From Rhynchobatus australiae (lineage: Eukaryota), in the NCBI GenBank assembly GCA_034780895.1, contig JAUZTB010000071.1, forward strand, positions 19,389,413-19,453,412: 64,000 nt of DNA. Direction: 5' to 3'. A program made the position numbers and the translations under genes. The notes under the pieces were generated by a model. It was not told the origin of the DNA. It did not search any database and was given only the letters and a program-made list of their open reading frames with translations. Below are positions 1 to 64,000 of this stretch, piece by piece. How positions within the stretch are numbered: the stretch's first letter is position 1; each line of letters opens with the position of its first letter.

Positions 1-116
1 AATTTCACATCTTAAAATCAGTGTCCATCTTAATTGTAGGTGCAGCAAAAGTGTGTACAAGCTAAGGCTGATGTTTATTTTGAATAAAAAGATAAACAAT
101 ATAGAAGAGATCTCAC

Positions 117-262
117 CATATGTGACAGGCTCCTTCACTGGCTTTACCACAGCACCACCATTATACTTTGGATACGAAACCTTCCACTGCAGGGCACCAT
201 CTTGTTTTCTGGCCTGGTCCTTTGACACATTCTCATTGAAGTGGAGGGCTGCCAAAATCACT
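117..262 (-). CDS. Isolated exon encoding a DNA-transposase-like C-terminal segment (LAALHFNEN motif)
   Basis: ttgcag|A-VILAALHFNENVSKDQARKQDGALQWKVSYPKYNGGAVVKPVKEPVTY-G|gtgaga; 146 nt with no stop; motif recognised from uncharacterised, probably Kolobok-like transposase proteins of aquatic animals. Confidence 0.6.
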
Positions 263-1599
263 CTGCAAGCATATAAAAGCACTGTTATTAAAAAGGCAAC
301 AATTTGGCACTCACAAATCCTGGTTACATTAATACAAAAACCAATCACAGCTCTGATTTTGTGTACAGAAAGAGCTTTTACTGCCCCATTTTTGGCATTC
401 CCTATTGCCATCAGGCCACACCCCATCCAATTCATTAAGCTTTTTCTGCATCCAAGACAATATTTAGAGATGGACCTTGTACTTAAAGGATCTTTGATGC
501 TTCGGCTGAGTTTGAGATCTGGTCTAACACACCTCTGGCTTTTCCACTCAGAACCAGCTTAATCAAGACCAGCAGCTCACAGCATAAAATCAACATACAA
601 TTCCTGTTTTCTGCATGCAATACACAAACTACATGATTAATGCCACCAGGTTATTTCCTGCTAAATTCCTCAAAAGCCTTGAAGAACAGGCAACAGCTCA
701 GCTAGCTTAAATGCAGCAAAATGAACAAGGTAATTGTATCAACACTGTGAGCATTATCCTTTCTGTGCAAAAACAGCATGGGGAGAAAAGATATATTTTG
801 GGAAAGCTACTACATTAGAGTGAGTACCCTTTCATTAAGCAATACGACAGGAAAGCAAAAGTTTGGATGAATTAGGTACACAAATTCATCCTGCATCAAC
901 TAAATCTTCAGGGGAGTATTNNNNNNNNNNNNNNNNNNNNNNNNNNNNNNNNNNNNNNNNNNNNNNNNNNNNNNNNNNNNNNNNNNNNNNNNNNNNNNNN
1001 NNNNNNNNNNNNNNNNNNNNATTTGTCACATCCACTTTCTGCACACCTGTTTTAGTCTCTTACATTGAGTTCCTGAATCACGACAGCAAGTGCACAAGTT
1101 AAGATTAGCTTTGGCTATTTCTGATTAACTGGAAAAAAAATGACCCAACACTTTCACACAAAGCTGTGACAAAAATGTCATTGCAATTTACAAGCTTTGT
1201 TTGGTGAACTACAGAATTGAAAGGACAAGATAATGATTTAGCATCATTCAGTACTTTGAAATTGCACATTTATTTAATACAGCAGTGGTTCATCTTCCAT
1301 CTCTTATTCTGTACCTTAATGGATGTGAAACCTTTTATGTACTAAATTGATGGGGCAGACTAGCTCCTTTTGGGCAACTCCTGTAACCACTAAAGGTCTC
1401 AGATCACCTTGGCTAATGGAAAGATCACATGATAATCACAGTTGGGAAAGGTTACTTGGCAAATCCATCCAGAATGACATTATAGTTCCCTGTTAAAACA
1501 TCAACTTGCTCTTAAATGATTTCATTGCTTGCATCTTCACCAAATCCAAGAATTCATTTCATGTGTTAATTGATCTTTACAAATTTACTTTTAAATGGA

Positions 1600-1662
1600 G
1601 AAACAAAGGACTGCAGATGCTGGAATCTGCCTGCTGAGTTCCTCCAGCATCAGTGGTTTTCA
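1600..1662 (+). repeat. Short quasi-palindromic elasmobranch repeat (Penelope-terminus-associated)
   Basis: actgcagatgctggaatc...ctgctgagttcctccagcatc; related degraded copies at ~7765-7925 and ~48250-48415. Confidence 0.55.
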
Positions 1663-3399
1663 TCTTACTTTTAACTAGTTTGAACCTACTATCTGCCATA
1701 TTCCACCATCAATTTAATTTTCTGGATTTATATTTTCCTATCTATTTGCAATCTTGTACACATCTATAAATCTACTTTTCAGAAGACTCCATTCAATATT
1801 AGAATCCCAGTTTCTCCAGTCCTTCCTCAAAAGTCTTGAGGTTTTTATAATTAAAAATCATAGTCATACAACATGGAAACAGGCCCTTAGGCTCGATGAG
1901 TCCATGCCAGCTTGTAGATTGTAGTCTTACCAGTTCAAGCAGGGTATGACTTATTCAAAGAAATCAAGCTTGGTGAACCAGTACCTTCTTCTTGTGAACC
2001 AATGTTGACTGGTGCAAATGATCAAATTTAGAACCAATTTTATATAAAATTTATAGCAAAGTTAATAGACCAGCATTAACCAAGTAGGGTTCATCACTCC
2101 AAACGAATAATTTACCGCTATCCCTGCTCCCCAGGAAGTCTACATTGATTGCAATCAACATCTCATTTTCCTTTTAACTATTTCTTTAAGTGTTCTGGGA
2201 AAACTGACATTTAAACCTTATGATTTATTACTTTTGAACCCTGTTTGCCAATAAATGCAGCTTAATTATATCCATTAATTTTGCAACAAGATGATGCATT
2301 ACCTAGATTTTTCCTTTCTTGTAACCTAATAGAGTTGAAACTTCTGTATTTTTGCTTTACAGGTTTGTTTTTGTCACCTCTTTCAACGCCATTAAAAGTT
2401 CTTATAGTTCTCACTACTTAATTGCGGCTAAAATACTGCAAAATATGACAGTAACAAAACTTACATAGTTCATTTCAGCTCTTCATATTATCTGATCACC
2501 CTTAACATTTGCCTGTTTTTAACACAGTATCAATTAGTTTTAAGTGTTAATAAACCTGTTTGAGACTGATAAAATATCATGGCTGGACTTCATGCAAATG
2601 TAAATACATATGACTCTTTCACTCTACATCATACATCCAAGTCTCAAAAAAAGTTACATCTTGTGAGATTGCATGCAGCAATTCATATTATGGATACCAT
2701 TTAGCTGTATCCTGCTCCATAATTACATATTTTATCAACATCTAAAAGTACAAAAGTTCCAATATCCAAAGGGTTTTGTGACTTTACAGTGACTTATTGC
2801 AATACCCAGTTCTGGGACTTTAAACATATCTTCCCTGCGCACAATGAACAACAGTTAAGTTCACTGAAAGCCAATATCCTCATCTCTCTGGATAAGCAAT
2901 TACATACATTAACACGTGATCCTGTGTGTAATATTTCCATACACAGTCCTTTGCTCTTCTGGGATTCAACTACTGTCTGTGCTTTGCTTAATCTGCTCCT
3001 TTATCAAACATTTTTCCATGACTTTTTTTTTTCCCCAATGCTTCTTTTTGATGGTAGTTCATCTCCTAAGCATTGAATCATGTTACTTAATTTGTTATCA
3101 AAACCTTAGAAAAATTCACATATTTACTGCCACCTTTGTCCACACTAACTTTTGTCCTTTCTTTTGTTATCAAAACAAAACTTAGGTCATCAAAGCTTAG
3201 GTTTCAAGTTAGTTCATTTATGTGACTTGCAAGCTGTTTTAATTTTCAGATTAGTATATGGCAAGTCATTAATGCAGGCATTAAATATTTGAATCAATCT
3301 GCTGAAAACCAATAAACTTGGCAACCACATCTAACCTACTAATTCTTTGAGATTCACAGGTTATTTTCATACAACATCAAAAAAAATCATTAACAATTG

Positions 3400-5162
3400 T
3401 TGAAAACACACTGTACAACATGCTTTATTTATAAGCAGGTACAGAAGGCATTACATCACATTTGGTACAACAAGTAATTAAGCAATGTTCCTCAACTCTA
3501 ACTTTGGCACAGCAATGTCAGCTGACTAATTGCGTACCTTGGTTCAATTCTAAAGGGTGAAACAAGTACCCTTCTATTCAGACCAAACAAGGCTCCATTT
3601 ACAAAGATGCCAAGCTTTTGTTTAGTGCTAAGTTTAGCGCTAAGTTTAGCTGCCAGTGATATAACTTTTAAGAGTGTTAAGACACCACGTGACAACTGTG
3701 CGTACTACAATACCAAATACAGCTCCACTCAAAAGTTTATATCTTTAAAAGAGTAAAATGGGCCAGTTTTATAGAACTCTCATGAACCATTCAATACCTT
3801 CACCAGCAAAACCAGTTTTCTCTGCAACAATATTTTTCCAAGATAAAGATCCACATATATAACATGCATTCCCTCATTTGGATTGAGATTTGTTTTTACT
3901 TTTTAAACGTTTTAAATTTGCCTATAATATACATATTCAATTAAGAAATTGTAGAGAAGGATGGAGTGCTTATTAAATCTAACCAGTTGTGTTTACTAAG
4001 TCAGGACAATGGTATACATTGATACATAGCAGAATTTTATTAACAATAGTCAAACTTTCCATTTTTCATTCCCTCCCACTGATTACGTTAGGATGACCAC
4101 TCGGATATTACATCAGTTTCCCAAGGGCTTCATAAGAGTTGAATTGAAAAGCTGAGTTGAATTGAAATGGAAGAGTTGTGTGTTTGAGTTTTGAACATAA
4201 AATTATGCCTTATTAAATTGTGCTTTTTTAAAAAAAAATGTAATATGGTACAAGGTAAATTTTTGGGGAAGTTATGAAGTACATTCCTCGTCTTAAATAC
4301 AAGTTTCTACTTTATCACCCATCTCATGAAAAATACACAGAGTTTAACAAGTAGTCGCCATACAAATATGAATGGCATTTACAGTATATCAGTTGAAGAT
4401 GACTGCCAAGCTGATGAAACTAGTAATAGCTTCTCAGACTGATGAAAGGAGTGAACATTGCACTGTACCCCCCCCCACCCTCCTGCTGTTTTCCAACCAT
4501 TCTGAAAAGTTACCAATTCATGAAACCCATTAATTTTTAAAGAGCAATTCAAGCATTTAAAACAGAGGGCAAATTAAGAGTAGTGTTACTTAATATTTTT
4601 AAAAAATGAAGTAACATATCAAACAAACTCTCTCTCAAAAATCCAAACAGGGATTGCACCACTCTTATTTATTCATCTTTGACATATAAAAATCTTTTAC
4701 CTTCAGGTTTAAAGCTGAACATTTCAGAGAAAATTTTAAAAACACCAACGTTTAAACAAACAAAAATGACAGTCTGTGATTGTTTTGATACATTTCAGAT
4801 TGTACAACTATAAATTTCAAGCCCATTTGTCTCTCCTAACAATACGTGTCNNNNNNNNNNNNNNNNNNNNNNNNNNNNNNNNNNNNNNNNNNNNNNNNNN
4901 NNNNNNNNNNNNNNNNNNNNNNNNNNNNNNNNNNNNNNNNNNNNNNNNNNCAATACGTGTCAAGCTGCATTGTTGGAAATGGCTACCACAAACAACAAAT
5001 GGGATAAAAGCACAATTCTCTATTCGCTGGGGTAGTACGCTTTACTATGCCCTCTGCAGGACAAACAGAGGTAAGGCTAAAGATTTGCTATTGGATCTTC
5101 TGCTTTGCGTTCACTAGCTGTTACAATGAGGTGCCTTTTGCTGAGATAGAAACAATGACCAA
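3400..5162 (-). other. KAT7: Probable KAT7 3' UTR (~1.7 kb)
   Basis: AT-rich and apparently repeat-free stretch from the stop codon to AATAAA at 3424-3429; end point inferred. Confidence 0.6.
3424..3429 (-). terminator. Candidate distal polyadenylation signal
   Basis: AATAAA on the minus strand followed by GT-rich tgttgtacagtgtgttttc. Confidence 0.6.
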
Positions 5163-59679
<54,517 letters not shown>

Positions 59680-60599
59680 CCTCGTCCTCCGCCTCCTCCT
59701 CTGCCTCTGCTGCCGCCGCCGCCCGGTCCCGACTCCCGCACTCGGCCGCCACTCGCGCCGTTGACCGTTGTTGTTTTCCCCCACTTCCGGCACGCAACCG
59801 GAAACCAACCGCCCTGCTCCTCCGGGCGACGCAGATCCAGTGTCCGCTCTCAGCGTTTGGTTCCTGTTTCACGGCCAGGGGACGGAACAAACGGTGTGGA
59901 GTCACATTACTGTTGCAGACATCCAATTTGCAAATTAAACTGCACTTCTTTCACTTAGTTTTCCCATACCTTGTAATGCATTATATATTAAAGCAAAAAC
60001 CTTGAGTCCTGCAGGGGAGAATGCTGTTCATCTGCTGGTTTTGCTTTTGATCATGAACTCCCAATTCATACATTACAATCTGACATTTTCACTTATGGAC
60101 CAGATTAAACATGTGCCACTTAATAAATTACAGCCATTCATCATAAATAAAATCTATTATGACAAATGTGCAGGGTACTAGTATCAACTGTGTTTGAATG
60201 AGGTTGCAAATCATTTCACAACTGATGACTCAAATTTCTTTAAAATACCATGTACTGCTATGACTCAGTTTACAGAATCTTTTAATTTTTCACAGTAGTG
60301 GACTCATTTGCCCTACCATTGCCTCTGGAGACTCCAATAAAACTATATTTTCAGTCTAGCCTTTGAGAGGTTCCTCGATCGCACATGCACTCCCTCCCTT
60401 TGTTCTTTTGGTCAATAGTTTAAATACATGCTCTGTAGTTACTAGTTCTGTGATGTGCAATAACAGAATAAAATGCAATGCAGAAAATGAATTGCAATCC
60501 ATAACTTGGCCCATTTATAATTCACAAAGGTCAACTAATTTTTTATTGTGTTGGGTTAAATCATTTTTACCAGTGTTTTGTTGATTGTACTGTTTTTAT

Positions 60600-61165
60600 T
60601 CAGTTTCCAATGAAAACAAAGCATGTAGGATACATGCTTTCAGTAGCCAGACATAGAATATTAAAACAGAGAGATTATGGTACAACTTTACAAAACATTG
60701 GTTGGGGCACAACTGGAGTACTGTGCAGTTTCTGGTCACTGCACTTTGGGAAGGAATGGATTGTACTGGAGAGGGTGAAGTACTGGAGAGGGTGAAGTAC
60801 TGGAGAGGGTGAAGTACTGGAGAGGGTGAAGTACTGGATTGTACTGGAGACTCATCAAGGTGTTGCTTGGGCTGAAGCATTTCAGTTATGGAGGAAAGAC
60901 TGGATAGGCAGAGTTTGTTTTCCTGGAGCAGAGGAGGCTGAGAGGGAACCTGATAAAAGGTATACAAAATTGCAAGGGGCATAGATGGAGTGGATAGTAG
61001 TGAACTTTTTCCCCCATTGTGGAGGTGTCAAAAATTAGAGGGCATAGGTTTAGGGTAAGGGTTAAGAGGTGACAGAGGAATTTTTTTCCCCTTCAAAGGG
61101 TTGTTGGAATCTGGCATGCACTGCCTGAGCAGGTGGTGGAGGCAGAGACTCTTAAACAAGAAATT
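60600..61165 (+). mobile_element. CR1 LINE fragment containing a 17-bp tandem expansion
   Basis: caactggagtactgtgcagtttctggtcactgcact...gtttgttttcctggagcagaggaggctgagagg. Confidence 0.8.
60763..60850 (+). repeat. Minisatellite (GTACTGGAGAGGGTGAA)x4 plus partial units
   Basis: Four exact 17-bp units at 60763-60830, then two partial units. Confidence 0.95.
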
Positions 61166-62739
61166 AACTTACTTAGGGATAGAATGCCACTGCCAAGTTA
61201 ACTGTGTACGTAGCATGCTGCTCCAACGACTTAGTATGAATGTCTCCTGCATTGTGGCTTCATCAGTTAGTCACCTTATTTTTTAGATTTTCCAGGTGCT
61301 CCTCCTGGCATAGTCTTTTACATTTGTCATTGATCCAGGATTCGTCCCCTGGTGCAATTATATTGGCAGTACAATGAAATGCCAGGCCATATTGTTACCA
61401 ATAGTTATGAAGTAAACACCCCATAAATACACGGATTTGAATGAGAATCTAAATATTCTGAATTAACACGTGTAAAGCCTCATAGCATGATGAAACATGC
61501 CCTCCAAAATGTGGAGACATCACTTCACCATCACAATGTGATAATCACTCCTCCCAGTACTATCTTGGATGCAAGCATTGGTGACAGGTAGATTGGTGAG
61601 AGGGAGATCCAGAAGCTTTTTCCCTCAATTCTCTCCACCTGCAGGCCTCATCTGCTAATTATGTCCTTCAGACCTCAACCAGTCAGTCAAAGCACAACTT
61701 ATAACACAAGGAACAGAAACAAGAGTAGGCCATTAAATTTATCACATCCACTCCACTATTCAATAAAGTCACAGTTGAACTTTTACCTCAGAACTACCTT
61801 CCTGTACAAACCCCAGATCTCTCAATCCCCTTAATGTCAAAATCTACTAAGGCACTTTTTATGAAAGGCTTTGATGTCCTTCATTCTGTGATCTTGTCAC
61901 TCAGTGCTTCTGCCAAGTGTTGTTTAACATGTAGGAGCACAGATTCACCAGACAAGGGAGGATAGTAAGTGATAATTAACAGGAGATTTCCTTGGGAATG
62001 TTTGACCTGACACCACTCAGGGTTCAGAACCAAGGTTAAGGACTCCCAGGGTCACTCACACACAAATGTATACCAATCAGCTGCCCACTTCCACTCAGTG
62101 TATCCTGCCAGTGCAAGCAGACATTGAGGGTTGCTGATGGAAGAGTCTGTAATTATGACTTTGTCAGGCTGTTTCTTATCATGTGTGTTGGGCAATTCTC
62201 CCAATTTCAGCAGGTTTCCAAATATTAGTGAGGAGCAGGAGGACCTTGCAGGGTAAGTGGGCTGTGCCTCTTTGTCCTTTCAGATTCCAATACCATGGCA
62301 GGGTTACATCCAGTTTTACATTTTTGTAATATTTAGTTTTCATATTTGACACAATTTTGTGACTTGCTGGCCTAGATTAAAATCAATCACATTGCTGAAG
62401 GTCTGAAGTCACTGAAAGCTACTTAAGTTATTGACCAAATATTTCCTTAAGAGCATGTAAATCAGAGATTTTTTTAAGATGATAATCTAGAAGTTCCATC
62501 ATTGCTAAAATTGATAACAGCTTTAAATCCAGGTTTGTTTAATTAATTAAATTTAGATTCCCTCAGATGGAATTTAATCTTGTTATTTTTGATGATTAGA
62601 CAGCATACTCCTTTGTTCCCAGTCTAAATAGCAGTCATCCATCTGTACATCAGCATGAATCAGATTTATAAAAGGCTAACTATTACCCTCCTCTCCAAAT
62701 TTACTATCTGATGCAAATAACCTTGGTTCTAAGAGGAGT

Positions 62740-63068
62740 TATAGAATCATACAGCATGGAAACAGGCCCTTCGGCCCACTGAGTCTACACTGACTATCAC
62801 TCACCCACCTACACCAATCCCATTTTATTCTCCCCACATTCCCATCAACTCCAAGATTCCACCACTCATCTACACGCTAAAGGCAAATTGCAATGGCCAA
62901 TCAACTTTCCAACCCACAAATCTTTAGGATGTAGAGGAAACCGGAGCACCTGGAGGAAGCCCACTGGGTTGCAGGAAGAATGACAGACAGCACCAAAGAT
63001 CAGGATTGGACTTGGGTCTCTGACACCGTAAGGAAAACAGCACCTCTGTCTGTGCCATTATGCCAGCC
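62740..63068 (-). mobile_element. HE1-like V-SINE
   Basis: atagaatcatacagcatggaaacaggcccttcggccca...gaggaaaccggagcacctggagga...caggattggacttggg. Confidence 0.8.
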
Positions 63069-64000
63069 CTAACTCATTATCAATGGGACCCATTTTCATC
63101 TCAGTAACTTTTCCTATTTCTGTTGCACGGCAACTCATTATGAAATCCTTATTCCTGTCTTTGTTATGGCTGAGCTGGACTATTCCACTGGTGTCCTGCC
63201 AGGTCTCACACCTGCCACACTCTGTCTGAAATACAAAACTCAGTTTCCCAAATTCCAATTCCCTTTCACCACATACACCCTCCATGAATTGGCTCACAGT
63301 CCAAGCATGGATTGAATTGTTAAAAGGTAATATACAAAAACAAGTTGTTGTTAATTGAGATGTTTTAAAACAAATACTGTGCAAATATTTAATAGTCAAA
63401 TGATAAATTAGAACACAAGAAGAGCTTTGTTCATTCATACCTACCTTTTGATTATAAGAGGACAACTTGAAATGACATCATAGGAAGATGGAATATTTTC
63501 AATGCTTTGGAATAAGGATATCAGTTGATAGTTTTATTTGTTTTAAATAGAATAATGATAGACCCTAAATATTTATCCAGAGTTTCTCCCTCCCCCCCAC
63601 AAAGAATTACAAATTCTTGAAATATTCCAGTATCTAAATTGAAACTGGTATAACAGATGCCCTCTGCTGGTTCATTTAAACTAATGCAGATTAACTTATG
63701 TTAACATGGGCCAACGTTGTATTGTAACTAAAAAGAAACAGACTTAATGGAAAAGTGCAAATCCAAAGCAATCAAAATTTCACAAGTGGTTTCTGCAAAA
63801 TTCCTAACTGGAATTCAGGATTGCAATAACAAACTTCAGTTGCAAGTGAGGTGCTATCATCTTAACAAATAAAAATAACTAATACCGGCATAAAAGCCAA
63901 CAAATGCAGAGTTTTATTTAAAGCAGCACCAAACCATACATGCACACTATCCTGCTTCCCACCCCCAGTCCAAACCCTTCCCACCTACATCTGTGATGTA

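Noticed and set aside
53-562. 169-aa + strand ORF
   Set aside because: Antisense shadow of the minus-strand transposase-like exon; no recognisable protein features
1920-2040. Possible upstream exon for the transposase-like gene (strong GTAAGA donor, FAP codons)
   Set aside because: Stops in all three frames; better explained as a degraded CR1 reverse transcriptase fragment (SQHxFT...DFFE)
60763-60850. CRISPR-like repeat array
   Set aside because: No spacers; eukaryotic tandem repeat inside a CR1

Overview
Eukaryotic (vertebrate) genomic DNA from a gapped draft assembly. The repeat content (HE1-like V-SINEs, CR1/HER1 LINE tails, Deu-SINEs, Penelope-like pieces) points to a cartilaginous fish. 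The window holds almost the whole KAT7 (HBO1/MYST2 histone acetyltransferase) gene on the minus strand. It has 15 coding exons, from the ATG at 59679 inside a CpG island to the TAG at 5163, predicting about 611 aa. The 3' part of exon 14 lies in an N gap, and intron 6 uses a GC donor. Introns are filled with degraded transposons. Points worth a second look: (i) an intact, splice-flanked, transposase-like orphan exon about 3 kb past the KAT7 polyA signal; (ii) the GC-AG donor on in-frame exon 6; (iii) a diverged ~420 bp direct duplication bracketing exon 12; (iv) a Tigger-like MITE; (v) a Gypsy gag relic. I see no convincing wholly new biological system. Most ORFs in the supplied track are spurious. 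Repeat boundaries are approximate and family names come from recognition, not a database search.
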